Virus record (IMG/VR): IMGVR_UViG_3300010362_000068
Coordinates: 1 to 32,561 of that record
Direction: 5' to 3' (one strand)
Source: a virus
Lineage: Duplodnaviria > Caudoviricetes
Length of the DNA: 32,561 bases
The position numbers and the translations under genes were made by a program. Below the pieces are notes generated by a model, which was given only the letters and a program-made list of their open reading frames with translations, was not told the DNA's origin and searched no databases. This document shows, piece by piece, positions 17,578 through 27,139 of this stretch; the stretch's first letter is position 1, and the number at the start of each line of letters is the position of its first letter.

Positions 17578-17606
17578 TCCCAGCTCCTCTTGGTTCAAGA
17601 TCCCGC

Positions 17607-17646
17607 TTTATACGCTGTTTCAGCGTATACGTCAATCCCGCGTATC
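17607..17646 (-). promoter_or_regulatory. sigma70 promoter with embedded palindromic operator (copy 1)
   Basis: Minus strand TTGACG-17-TATAAA. Perfect IR TATACGCTG-N3-CAGCGTATA at 17609-17629. Confidence 0.8.
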
Positions 17647-17652
17647 GGGGCC

Positions 17653-17667
17653 TTAACCAGCTGTTAA
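17653..17667. promoter_or_regulatory. CtrA-like box TTAA-N7-TTAA
   Basis: TTAAccagctgTTAA, 12 nt upstream of the GNAT start. TTAA is rare in this GC-rich window. Confidence 0.55.
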
Positions 17668-17679
17668 TGCGAAGGAAAA

Positions 17680-18147
17680 ATGCGCAGAATCGGCTCCATC
17701 CTGCTCGACGTGGATGTGGCGGTCGCCGAGTACGTGGCGGCGCGCATCCCCGGCATCAGCTTCGACCGCTGCGTCGGGATCGGCGTGGTGCGCGACGATC
17801 GCTTCGTCGGCGGCGTCGTGTTTCACAATTTTCGCGGCTGCGATGTCGAGGTGGTCGGCGCCTTCGACGATCCGCGCTGGGCGTTGCCGGGAACGCTGCG
17901 CGCGCTGTTCGCCTATCCGTTTGTCACGCTCGGCTGCGTGCGTCTCACTGCCATCGTTCAGCGCAACAACAAGCGCGCGCGTCGCCTGTGCATCGGGCTC
18001 GGCTTCAAGCTCGAGGGCGTCGCGCGCAAAGCCATCGACGGAAAACAGGACGCGATGATCTACGGCATGCTTCGCGAGGAGTGCCGATTTTTGAGGACAC
18101 CGCACAATGGGCAAGAAGAGCACGCCCGCCGCGCCGCCTGCGCCTGA
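17680..18147 (+). CDS. GNAT acetyltransferase-like virion-module protein
   Basis: N.RARRL...LGFKLEG..R and IYGMLREEC motifs (RimJ/L-type GNAT). Usual position before podoviral ejection genes. Confidence 0.85.
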   Translation: MRRIGSILLDVDVAVAEYVAARIPGISFDRCVGIGVVRDDRFVGGVVFHNFRGCDVEVVGAFDDPRWALPGTLRALFAYPFVTLGCVRLTAIVQRNNKRARRLCIGLGFKLEGVARKAIDGKQDAMIYGMLREECRFLRTPHNGQEEHARRAACA

Positions 18148-19351
18148 TCCCTACGCCACCGCGCAGGCGCAGACGCAGAGCAATCTGCTCACGGCGCAGG
18201 CCAACAGCATCATCGGCAATGCCGACGAGACCACGCCGTGGGGCACGGTGCGATACACCCAGCTCCCGTCCGTGCGTGTCGGCGGCCAGGGCGGTGCTGG
18301 TGCCGGCGCTGGCGGCGGCTACGGTCTCTACAACGGCATGCCCAACATCTTCGGGCGCAGCGGCGGCACCACCGATGCCGGCGGCTACGACGTGCCGCGT
18401 TTCGAGCGCACCGTCACGCTGTCGCCGACCGAGCAAAGAAAATTCGAGCAGCAGCAGCAGCTCGGCATCGACCTCAACGAGCTGGCGCTCGGCCAGACCC
18501 GGCGCGTCGGTGATGTGCTCGGCCAGCCGATCAATGCCGAAGGATTGCCCGAGCGCGTGACGTCGCTCGGCGCGCTGCCCGAGCTGCAGGGCTTCAATCT
18601 CGCGCGCACCAGCGACGTCGGCGACATCCAGCGGCAGCTCGGCCCGACCGATTTCTCGGCTGATCGCCAGCGCGTCGAGGACGCGCTCTATGCGCGCCTC
18701 AACCCGCAGCTCGAGCAGGAGCGCACCTCGCTCGAGACCAACCTCGTCAACCAGGGTTTCCAGCGCGGCACCGAGGCGTTCAACGAGGCGATGAACCAGT
18801 ACGGCCGGCAGGCCAACGATGCGCGCATGGGCGTGATCAGGGCCGGCGGCGACGAGCAGTCGCGACTGTTCCAGCTCGCGCTGGCGCAGGGGCAGTTCGC
18901 CAACACCGCGCAGCAGCAGGCCTACGATCAGATGATCGGCGCCGCCGGTTTCAACAACGCCGCGCAGCAGGCCGAGATCGAGCAGGCCAACCAGAACCGG
19001 CTCGGCCTGTACGGGCTCGGCGCGCAGGCGGCCGATTTCCAGAACCAGCAACGACAGGCGGCGCTGCAGGAACGACTGGCGCTGCGCAACCAGCCGCTCA
19101 ACGAGGTCTCCGCGCTGATGTCGGGCGGGCAGGTTTCGATGCCGAATTTTCCCCAGTACCAAGCCGGCCAAGTCGCCGGCACACCGGTCGGCGATTACGT
19201 CTACCGCAGCGCCGATCTGCAGAACCAGCAATATCAGGCTGCACTCAATCGGCAGGCGCAGGAGCGTGCCGCACTCTATGGCGGCATCGGCTCGATCGCC
19301 GGCATGGGCCTGTACGGGCTCGGCAGTGGCGGGTTCTTCAAACCGAGGTAA
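18107..19351 (+). CDS. DNA ejection/pilot protein
   Basis: MGKK..PAAPPAPDPYATAQAQ start, Q/N/A-rich body, Gly-rich hydrophobic C-terminus. Confidence 0.75.
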   Translation: MGKKSTPAAPPAPDPYATAQAQTQSNLLTAQANSIIGNADETTPWGTVRYTQLPSVRVGGQGGAGAGAGGGYGLYNGMPNIFGRSGGTTDAGGYDVPRFERTVTLSPTEQRKFEQQQQLGIDLNELALGQTRRVGDVLGQPINAEGLPERVTSLGALPELQGFNLARTSDVGDIQRQLGPTDFSADRQRVEDALYARLNPQLEQERTSLETNLVNQGFQRGTEAFNEAMNQYGRQANDARMGVIRAGGDEQSRLFQLALAQGQFANTAQQQAYDQMIGAAGFNNAAQQAEIEQANQNRLGLYGLGAQAADFQNQQRQAALQERLALRNQPLNEVSALMSGGQVSMPNFPQYQAGQVAGTPVGDYVYRSADLQNQQYQAALNRQAQERAALYGGIGSIAGMGLYGLGSGGFFKPR

Positions 19352-19354
19352 GTC

Positions 19355-21277
19355 ATGGCAGATGGAGATCCTGGCGCATGGGCCGGTGTTTTTGGTCCTG
19401 GCACGCCGGCCGATCAGCGCAGGCGCATGGCAGCGATGCTGCTCAAGGGCGCCATGGACACCTCGCCGACGCCGTCGTTCGCGCAAGCGCTCGCGCGCGG
19501 CCTGTCGGGCCTCATGGGCGGCCTCGAGCTGCGTGCCGCCAACGAGGCCGATCGGGCCTACTACACAGCGCTCGCCGACAATCCGGTGCTGCGCGCCGGC
19601 ACCACGCCGCCTGCGGTGTCGACCGCGCCGCCGGTGCCGCCGGTGTCGTCGGCGCCGACCACCAAGCCGGCGGTGCCGCCCGACACGTCAGTGACGCTGC
19701 CGGGTCAAGAGCCGGTGCCCGAGATCTACCCGCCGCCACCGAGGCGCGGCCTGGGCGACATCAAGAACCTGTCGTCGCCGGTCTCGAGCTTTACCGACGA
19801 ACCAAACCCGCAGGCGAGCCCGCTCGACACCGCGCCGTATCCTGCCGGCCCGGTCGGCGCCCCGCCGGCCGCGCCCACCAGCGGCTTCGGCAACGTCAAC
19901 GTGCCGGCGCAGTATCGCGACCTCATCACCCGCTCGGCCGAGGCGAAGAACCTGCCGCCGCAGCTCCTCGCCCAGCTGCTGCGCCAGGAGAGCGGGTTCA
20001 ATCCGCGCGTGGTCAGCTCGGCCGGCGCCCAGGGCATCGCCCAGCTCATGCCGCCAACCGCGCGCGGGCTCGGCGTGCGGGATCCCTTCGACCCCGAGCA
20101 GGCGATCCCGGCTGCAGCTCAATATCTCGCCGAGGGCCGCGACCGGTACGGCGGCGACCTCTACCGCGCCGCGCAGTACTACCATGGCGGTCCCAACACC
20201 GGCATGTGGGGGCCGAAGACGCGCGCCTATGCCGACATCGTCACGCGCGGCATTGCCACACCGCCGGCAGGAGGCGGCGCCACGGCGCTCTCAGGCCCGC
20301 CGGTTGAGCCGGAAGGCATCCAGGCGATCAATGCTGCGCTGTCGCTGGCGCCCGCCAATCAGCCCGTGGGCGCCACCGCGACGCCGCCGCAGCCGCAGGG
20401 CACCCAGCTCGCCCAGGCCACCCAGGCGGCGCCGCCGAGCGCCGCGCGGCCGGCGTCGCTGGTGGACGCTCCCGATCAGGCAGCGCTCAAGCGCGTGCCG
20501 CCCGAGATCCGCACCTATGCCGACAAGCTGATCGCCGCCGGCCGGCAGAGCGGCGACGTGCGCCTGCTGCAGGAAGCGCAGCGCGTGCTGCAGCCGTACA
20601 TGACGCCCACCGAGTGGACGAAATTCAACGACCGCCTGATCATGGACAAGACCGGCCGCTTCGCGCTCGCGCCCAACATCGCGCCGGATTTCACGCACCA
20701 GTCGGAGCTGCGCAAAGAGATCGGCGGCCTGCCCGAGGTGAAACGCTACAGCGAGGCGTCGACACATTTTCGCGGCATGAACCGGGCCGGCGACACGGCA
20801 GCCGGCGACATCGCGTTCGTCTACGGCATCGCCAAGATCTTCGATCCCGACAGCGTGGTGCGCGAGGGCGAGATGAAGCTCGCAGCCGGCGCGCAGTCGA
20901 TCCCCGAGCAGATCCAGGGCTGGATGCGCAAGGCGGTGATGGGCGAAGGACGACTGACGCCCGAGCAGCGCGGCGCGATCATCGATGTCTCGCGTCAGCG
21001 CATGGAGGAGCTGCAGGGCGCGTACCAGGGCCGCGTCGAACCCTATCGCGGGCTCGCCCAGCGCAACCAGATCAACCCGGAGGACATCCTGCCGGTGCTG
21101 CCCGAGCTGCCGGCGCTGCCGTCACCGCGCCCGACGCTCAACACGCCGTTGCCGGCGCCGACCGGCCGCCAGAGCGCGCCGCAGGGATTGCTGGATCCCA
21201 ATAGCTTCACTTACGGCGCGCCCACGGTGAGGCCCGGTGGGAGCTATACTTGGACGGCGGGTGGAGGTCTGCGATGA
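19355..21277 (+). CDS. ejection protein with lytic transglycosylase (SLT) domain
   Basis: RQESGFNP..VSSAGAQGIAQLMP and YHGGP motifs, flanked by Pro-rich linkers. Confidence 0.88.
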   Translation: MADGDPGAWAGVFGPGTPADQRRRMAAMLLKGAMDTSPTPSFAQALARGLSGLMGGLELRAANEADRAYYTALADNPVLRAGTTPPAVSTAPPVPPVSSAPTTKPAVPPDTSVTLPGQEPVPEIYPPPPRRGLGDIKNLSSPVSSFTDEPNPQASPLDTAPYPAGPVGAPPAAPTSGFGNVNVPAQYRDLITRSAEAKNLPPQLLAQLLRQESGFNPRVVSSAGAQGIAQLMPPTARGLGVRDPFDPEQAIPAAAQYLAEGRDRYGGDLYRAAQYYHGGPNTGMWGPKTRAYADIVTRGIATPPAGGGATALSGPPVEPEGIQAINAALSLAPANQPVGATATPPQPQGTQLAQATQAAPPSAARPASLVDAPDQAALKRVPPEIRTYADKLIAAGRQSGDVRLLQEAQRVLQPYMTPTEWTKFNDRLIMDKTGRFALAPNIAPDFTHQSELRKEIGGLPEVKRYSEASTHFRGMNRAGDTAAGDIAFVYGIAKIFDPDSVVREGEMKLAAGAQSIPEQIQGWMRKAVMGEGRLTPEQRGAIIDVSRQRMEELQGAYQGRVEPYRGLAQRNQINPEDILPVLPELPALPSPRPTLNTPLPAPTGRQSAPQGLLDPNSFTYGAPTVRPGGSYTWTAGGGLR

Positions 21278-23334
21278 CGATCAACGTCACCGGCCCAGGC
21301 GGCGTCGTCGTTCCGTTCCCCGACGACACCGACGCCGAGACCATCGATCGCACGATGCGGCAGAGATTTGGCAGCGAGCCGCCTGACTTCATGCTGCAGA
21401 AACAGCCGCTCGTCGCGCCACCCGGTGCGCCGGCCGGCTATGTCGACCAAGCCATCCAGGGCATGCCGATCGCGGGACCGGCGCTGCAGATGGGCGGTGC
21501 TGCGCTCGGCGCCGCAGTGCAGCCGATGCTCGGGCAATTGCCCGACACGACCTTCGGCCAACGCTACGACGCCAACCTCGATTTTCTGCGCCGACGCTCG
21601 CAGCAGTTCGAGCAGGCAAACCCCGCCGGCTCGCTCGCCGCCAACGTCGCGGGCGGTCTCGCTGCCGGCGGCGGGGCGGCGACGACGCAGCTCGGCGCGC
21701 GTGCGCTCGGCATGGTCGGCGGCCTGCCCGAGCGCGTCCTCCAGGGCAGCGTGGGCGGTGCCGGCATCGGGGCGGCCGACGCAGCGCTGCGCGGCCAGAG
21801 CCCAGCGGTAGGCGCCATCACCGGCGCCGGCCTGGGCGCCGCCGGCCCGATCGCCGGCCAAGCTGTCGGCGGCTTGACCGGCGCCGGCATGCGCAACCTG
21901 CCGCTGCCGGGACCGCTGCAGGGCTTCGAGCGCGGCGCCGTCAGCAAGGTGGCGCGCGCAGCTGGCGATGACGCCATCCAGGCCGAGGCCATGCGCCGGA
22001 TGGGGCCGGCAGGCATGCTGGTGGATCTCGGGCCGAACCTGCGCCTGCAGGGTGAGGCGCTGGCGACGCAGCCAGGGCCGGCGAGCCGCATCATGCAGCA
22101 ACCGCTGCAGCAGCGCTTCGACACGGCCGGCGCGCGCATCAGCCAGGGCGTCGATGAGGCGCTCGGCCCGCAGCAGAATTTTCGCGAGACGATGACGCGC
22201 GCAATTGCCGAGCGTCGCGCTGCCGCCGATCAGTTCTACGGGCAGGCGTGGCAGGTGGCGCGGCCGGTCAATGTCACGCCCGCCATCGACTACATCGATG
22301 CCGTCAGGCGGCCAGGAGCGTCAGGCGTCATCTCGCAGGGCCAGGGTCCGCTCCCCACCGACCTCGAGCAGGCGCTCGGCAATGTGCGCCAGCAGCTCGC
22401 CGGTGCCAACGGCGCACAGCGCACCGACGCGCAGCAGCTCCACCTCGTCAAGCAGTCGCTCGACGACATGATCGACGCAGCAGCTCGAGCTGGTCGCGGC
22501 AACGAGGCCAACCACATCGCCCAGGTGCGCAACCGCGTCGTCGATGCGCTCGACACCGCGACCACGTACCTGCCACCCGGCAGCAACAGCGGTCAGCCGA
22601 TCAGCCTCTATCGCGAGGCGCGCACGCGCTACCGCAGCGACAGCGCTATCGTCGATGCGCTCGATGAGGGCCGCGAGCTGTTCAGGCGCAGCACGCGCCC
22701 TGATGATCTCACCGAGCGCGTGCGCGACATGTCGCAGGCCGAGCGGCTGATGTTCCGCGTCGGTGCGCGCGATGCGGTCGACGAGGTGATGGGCAATGTG
22801 CGCAACGATGCGCTCGGCGCGCGCACGCTGTTTCAGAAGGAGTGGAACCGGCAGAAGCTCGAGGCGGTCATCGGCCCCGATCGCGCGCAGCAGCTGTTCA
22901 ACATCATCGACCGTGAGAGCAGGATGGCGGAAAGTTTTGGCGCCATCCAGCGTGGCTCGCAAACGCGGGGCCGCATGGCGGCCGGCGAGGAGTTCCCCAG
23001 CTCGGTCGCGCCCACCAAGACCACGTTTGCAAACCCGACGACGCTCGGGCTCGTGGAGCTGGCGGGGAAGAAGGCAATCAATGCGCTGCGCGGCAGTGCC
23101 CAGGCCACACGTCTCGATGCCGAGACCCGCGATGCGGCGCGCCTGCTGACGCGGCAGGGCACGGGTGACGACATGGCGGCGCTGGTCGACGCGCTGCGCA
23201 CGGTGCAGGCGCGCAACGCCAGCGGCGTGCCGGGAGCTGTGCGCGACATTGCAACGCTGGGGGTGACGTCGCAGGAGGCGAACCCGTTGGCGCGCGAGCG
23301 GACGCGCCGGATGCTGCCGAACTATCTGCGGTAA
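21274..23334 (+). CDS. large ejection/internal virion protein
   Basis: ATGA-coupled start. TGP.G....FPD.T N-terminal motif, Gly/Ala-rich membrane-like segment, helical body. Confidence 0.75.
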   Translation: MTINVTGPGGVVVPFPDDTDAETIDRTMRQRFGSEPPDFMLQKQPLVAPPGAPAGYVDQAIQGMPIAGPALQMGGAALGAAVQPMLGQLPDTTFGQRYDANLDFLRRRSQQFEQANPAGSLAANVAGGLAAGGGAATTQLGARALGMVGGLPERVLQGSVGGAGIGAADAALRGQSPAVGAITGAGLGAAGPIAGQAVGGLTGAGMRNLPLPGPLQGFERGAVSKVARAAGDDAIQAEAMRRMGPAGMLVDLGPNLRLQGEALATQPGPASRIMQQPLQQRFDTAGARISQGVDEALGPQQNFRETMTRAIAERRAAADQFYGQAWQVARPVNVTPAIDYIDAVRRPGASGVISQGQGPLPTDLEQALGNVRQQLAGANGAQRTDAQQLHLVKQSLDDMIDAAARAGRGNEANHIAQVRNRVVDALDTATTYLPPGSNSGQPISLYREARTRYRSDSAIVDALDEGRELFRRSTRPDDLTERVRDMSQAERLMFRVGARDAVDEVMGNVRNDALGARTLFQKEWNRQKLEAVIGPDRAQQLFNIIDRESRMAESFGAIQRGSQTRGRMAAGEEFPSSVAPTKTTFANPTTLGLVELAGKKAINALRGSAQATRLDAETRDAARLLTRQGTGDDMAALVDALRTVQARNASGVPGAVRDIATLGVTSQEANPLARERTRRMLPNYLR

Positions 23335-23564
23335 GGCGAGCGCGGCTCGGGAAGCATTGCCAGCCCGCACACAGCGGCGATCACTGCGGCGCCGATCGCG
23401 TACCACAGGCCATAGGTCTCCCAGATCCACACGAACAGCAGCACGGCTCCCCACAGCAGCGCGGCGATGACCAGCAACCACGCCATCGCGCGCACGGCGA
23501 ACGTGAAGCAGTGCGCGAGCACACGATCCGTCCTGTCCAACCACGTCAGCATCTTCGTCAGCAT
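23322..23564 (-). CDS. small two-TM membrane protein (moron, candidate superinfection exclusion)
   Basis: GGAGG RBS, two hydrophobic stretches, own promoter. Confidence 0.7.
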   Translation of the reverse strand: MLTKMLTWLDRTDRVLAHCFTFAVRAMAWLLVIAALLWGAVLLFVWIWETYGLWYAIGAAVIAAVCGLAMLPEPRSPYRR

Positions 23565-23587
23565 CCCGGTGATCCTCCGTCGCCGGA

Positions 23588-23616
23588 ATTATAGGGCATG
23601 CCAAAATGGCATACAA
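23588..23616 (-). promoter_or_regulatory. near-consensus sigma70 promoter
   Basis: Minus strand TTGTAT-17-TATAAT. Contains the palindrome ATGCCA-aaa-TGGCAT. Confidence 0.75.
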
Positions 23617-25012
23617 TGGGTCTGGGGTATTCAACCGCCTGTACAATTGGGTGACCGATGCTGCCGGTGGCATCAAGATCCTGGCGACCAAGATGGATGC
23701 GGAGATGGACGGCATGGCCACCGGCCTGTCGACCGCCATCTGCCGCGACGGGCAGTCGACGTGCTCGGCGCGCATTCCGTTTGGAGCCGGCATCCGCATC
23801 AACACCGGGACGATAGGGTCACCGTCGATCAATTTCGAGGGCGACCTCACGAGCGGCATCTGCCAGGGCGGCGCCGGTCAGGTCGTGCTGGTGTCGAGTG
23901 GCGGCGAAAGGCTGCGCACACTCAGCACCGGCGTGCAGATCAACGGCGCGATGACGGCATCGAGCGACTTCACGCTCGGCGGCCGGGTGTTCATCCCCAT
24001 GGGAGCAGTGAACGCTCCCGCCATCGCATTTTCCAGCGATCCCGATACCGGCATCTTCACTGGCGTGGCGGATCGTCTTTCGATTGCCTGCGGCGGCGCG
24101 GGGATTCTCACTGCGTTGTCGACCGGCGTGAACATCACCGGCCTGATCAACACCACCAACCTCAGCATCAACGGCACGACCGGCAACTTCGTCGTCAACA
24201 CCGACAAGTTCACCATCAATCAGGCGAACGGCAACACGGCAGTCGGCGGCACGTTGAGCGTCAGTGGCACGACGACGCTGTCGAGCGCCCTGACCGTGTC
24301 GAGCGGTGGCGTGACGCTCACCACTGGCGGTCTCACGCTCTCGAACGGCAACCTCACGGTCACGACCGGCAATCTCACGCTCTCGAACGGCAATGTCTCC
24401 GTCACCGGCACAGTGAACGCGACGACGGTGCAGCAGGGCGGCGCGCCGATCATGCCACCCGGCGTCATCATGCCCTATGCGGGCGGGTCGCCGCCGGCCG
24501 GCTGGTATGAGTGCAATGGGGTGGCCTACAACACCACGACCGACGCGGCGCTGTTCGCCGTCATCGGCTACGTATACGGCGGCTCGGGCGCATCCTTTCA
24601 GGTGCCCGACCTCCGGGGCCGCACGATCTTCGGCGTGGAGACCTCGCCCAACCTCATCGTTCCCGCCACCGGCATCCCCAGCAATCAGCTCGCTGGCATC
24701 GGCGGCGTGAGCATGCACCAGCTCACGCAGGCGCAGCTGCCCAACGTCAGTTTGAGCATGACCATCCCGGCGGGCGAGGGCTCGCACACGCACGACGCCA
24801 CTGCCACCGGCACCATTTCGTTTTTGCGCAATGGCTCGGGTCAGCCACCGGCCGCAGGCAGCGGCGGCTCGGGCGGTCTCGCCGGGGTGCCGATCAGCAC
24901 CAATACGTTGCCGCAGATTGGGCCGGGGAACTGGGTGTCGTTGGGCGGCAGCGGCACATCACACCAGAACATGCCACCGTGCATGATGCTGCGCTGGATC
25001 ATCAAGCGGTGA
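23606..25012 (+). CDS. tail fibre protein with C-terminal tail collar domain
   Basis: PPGVIMPYAG...PAGW..CNG...FQVPDLRGR collar motif and H.NMPP ending, with T/S/G beta repeats. Confidence 0.9.
   Translation: MAYNGSGVFNRLYNWVTDAAGGIKILATKMDAEMDGMATGLSTAICRDGQSTCSARIPFGAGIRINTGTIGSPSINFEGDLTSGICQGGAGQVVLVSSGGERLRTLSTGVQINGAMTASSDFTLGGRVFIPMGAVNAPAIAFSSDPDTGIFTGVADRLSIACGGAGILTALSTGVNITGLINTTNLSINGTTGNFVVNTDKFTINQANGNTAVGGTLSVSGTTTLSSALTVSSGGVTLTTGGLTLSNGNLTVTTGNLTLSNGNVSVTGTVNATTVQQGGAPIMPPGVIMPYAGGSPPAGWYECNGVAYNTTTDAALFAVIGYVYGGSGASFQVPDLRGRTIFGVETSPNLIVPATGIPSNQLAGIGGVSMHQLTQAQLPNVSLSMTIPAGEGSHTHDATATGTISFLRNGSGQPPAAGSGGSGGLAGVPISTNTLPQIGPGNWVSLGGSGTSHQNMPPCMMLRWIIKR
24331..24393 (+). repeat. 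21 bp direct repeat (42 bp period) in the fibre shaft
   Basis: tctcacgctctcgaacggcaa at 24331 and 24373 (LTLSNGN). Confidence 0.8.
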
Positions 25013-25022
25013 GATTGAGCGC

Positions 25023-26096
25023 ATGCCTTTCAGCGGCACCACGTTCACCAAGATCTACAACTGGCTCGCCGAGCTGATCCGCAACGAGAAGATCTTCAAC
25101 GCGCGCCTCGATGATGAGTTGAGCGGCATCGCCACCGGGCTGACGCAGCTCGCCACCGGCGCGGTCGGCCCTGGTGGCAACGCCATCCAGAAGGATGGCA
25201 GCACGACCACCACCGCCAGCATCCCGTTCCAGCTCGGCGCCACGCTCGGGTCGAGCCCGCCGGCCGGCGACAACACGCTCAAGGTTCCGACCACGGCGTG
25301 GGTGAATCAGGCGACTGCGGAGTCGTGCGGGCGGCTCATCTACGTGAGCCCGACGCAGATCAAGTTCATACCGTTCAACGGCGACCGCATAAAAATAAAC
25401 GGGCTGTGGGAGTGGATCCCGGCGGCCGGGATCACGCTCGCCAACACCAGCGTGATAATCAACGGCGCAGCTGGCCAAAATCTGGTCGCCGACAACGACT
25501 ACCTCGTGGCGATCAGCGGCGGCGGCACCACGCTGACTTTTTGGGGACCGGGCGCGTTCTCGCATGCGCCGTCGACCACACCGGGCAACGTCGGCACCGA
25601 GATCGTTGCCGGGTCGGATTCGATCTCGCTCGTCGGCATGATCCGCGCCAACGGCAGTGCGCAGTTTTTCGACATGGGCGTGGTGTCGTGGTTCAACCGG
25701 CGAACCAAGGTAGCGAAGGCGGCGATCACCAGCACCACGACCACCACCAGCACCACTCCCGGCACCGAGCTGACCACCGCGCTGCGCGTGCCGTTCGCCA
25801 CCTGGGCCGAGGAAGGCGTTGTGGCAATCATTGGCGGCGCCGCCTACCCGTCCGCTCTCGTCAACGCCCGCATCGTCTGCAGCATCAGTTTCGACAGCGG
25901 GCCGACCGAAGCACCGAGGACCACCTTGCAGGCCGAGACCACCAATCAGTCCTACAAGAACATGGCGGTGACGGTGATAAAAAATCTGAGTGAAGGCGGG
26001 CACTACGCAACGATGTGGGCGTTCGTCGGCAATACGCAGACCGGCACGTTCGATCTGGAGAACCCGGCGACCGTGATGGTCATCACGCAAGGATAG
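25023..26096 (+). CDS. second tail fibre/receptor-binding protein
   Basis: N-terminus paralogous to the upstream fibre (F..IYNW...KI....D.E..G.ATGL...DG......IPF), followed by a VPTTAWV motif. Confidence 0.8.
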   Translation: MPFSGTTFTKIYNWLAELIRNEKIFNARLDDELSGIATGLTQLATGAVGPGGNAIQKDGSTTTTASIPFQLGATLGSSPPAGDNTLKVPTTAWVNQATAESCGRLIYVSPTQIKFIPFNGDRIKINGLWEWIPAAGITLANTSVIINGAAGQNLVADNDYLVAISGGGTTLTFWGPGAFSHAPSTTPGNVGTEIVAGSDSISLVGMIRANGSAQFFDMGVVSWFNRRTKVAKAAITSTTTTTSTTPGTELTTALRVPFATWAEEGVVAIIGGAAYPSALVNARIVCSISFDSGPTEAPRTTLQAETTNQSYKNMAVTVIKNLSEGGHYATMWAFVGNTQTGTFDLENPATVMVITQG

Positions 26097-26101
26097 CAGC
26101 C

Positions 26102-26830
26102 ATGGCAACACCGAAGAGGATGGTGCTCGATCTCTCGCACCACAACATCGTCAACGACTGGCAGCAGGTCGCCGACGCCGCGATCATCGGGGTCATACAC
26201 AAAGCATCAGAGGGGTCAACCTACAAGGACCCTAAGTACGATGGGCGGCGCTCGGGCTGTCGCGAAAAGGGCATCGAGTGGGGCGCGTATCATTTCGCCA
26301 CCGCCTCGCCGGTTGATGAGCAGGTCGAGAATTATCTCGTCGCTGCAGATCCCGACAAGGACACGATGCTGGTGCTCGACTGGGAGCCGTATGGTGACAA
26401 CACCATGTCCGTCTCGGCCGCGAAGGAATGGATCACGCAGGTCGAGCAGCGGCTCGATCGTCCTGGCGAGGTGGTGATCTATTCGGGAAATTTGGCGAAG
26501 GAGGAACTCGACGCGAGCGATACGTTCTTCGGCGCGCGGCGGCTGTGGTTGGCGCAGTACGGCAGCACGCCCAAGGTCGAGCCGCCGTGGTCCAAATTTT
26601 TTCTTTGGCAGTACTCTGACGGGCAAACAGGGCCAGAGCCCAAGGGCTGTCCCGGCGTGCAGGATCCTGTCGACACCAACTCGTTCAACGGCAGCGCCGA
26701 GCAGCTGCGCGCCGAATGGGCGAGCGGTGAAGTCGAGCCGGCACCCACGCCCACGCCCAGGCCGGTGGTCACGGTCACCGTCCAGGCGCCGGCCGGCGTC
26801 AAGGTCGTGGTGCATACCGAGGAGGTGTGA
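26102..26830 (+). CDS. endolysin, GH25 muramidase
   Basis: DLSHHN, KASEG, GAYHF, LDWE, LWLAQY, LWQYS and VDTN motifs. Confidence 0.93.
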   Translation: MATPKRMVLDLSHHNIVNDWQQVADAAIIGVIHKASEGSTYKDPKYDGRRSGCREKGIEWGAYHFATASPVDEQVENYLVAADPDKDTMLVLDWEPYGDNTMSVSAAKEWITQVEQRLDRPGEVVIYSGNLAKEELDASDTFFGARRLWLAQYGSTPKVEPPWSKFFLWQYSDGQTGPEPKGCPGVQDPVDTNSFNGSAEQLRAEWASGEVEPAPTPTPRPVVTVTVQAPAGVKVVVHTEEV

Positions 26831-26831
26831 G

Positions 26832-27098
26832 ATGGGCGCCGTCGAGGAAGGCGGCAAGGTCGCGAGCGGCATCGTTGAGGGCCTGAAAAGCTCGCCGGTC
26901 ATCCTCGCGATCATCGTGCTCAACGTGATCTTGGTCAGCGCTGCTTTGTATTTTCTCAACACCCTGGCCGAGAACGCGCGCCATCATCGCGAAGATCTGA
27001 TGAAGCAGAACGCCGCGCAGTTCGAGCAGCTGGTGCGGCTGTGCCAGCAGTCGCGCGACTACCGTCTGCAGAGCGACGACCCGCCGACCGACAAATAA
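26832..27098 (+). CDS. single-TM lysis protein (holin/spanin-like)
   Basis: GGAGG RBS, one TM segment followed by coiled coil, directly after the endolysin. Confidence 0.6.
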   Translation: MGAVEEGGKVASGIVEGLKSSPVILAIIVLNVILVSAALYFLNTLAENARHHREDLMKQNAAQFEQLVRLCQQSRDYRLQSDDPPTDK

Positions 27099-27130
27099 AA
27101 AACCGCGCCCCAGGTTTCCCCAGGGCGCGG
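27097..27130 (-). terminator. intrinsic terminator
   Basis: CCGCGCCC/GGGCGCGG stem with an A-run on the + side, between convergent genes. Confidence 0.7.
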
Positions 27131-27139
27131 CCCCGATCG

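Noticed and set aside
23606-26096. Diversity-generating retroelement or invertible tail-fibre switch
   Set aside because: No reverse transcriptase, no TR/VR pair, both fibres are on the same strand, and I saw no copy of the resolvase IR nearby.
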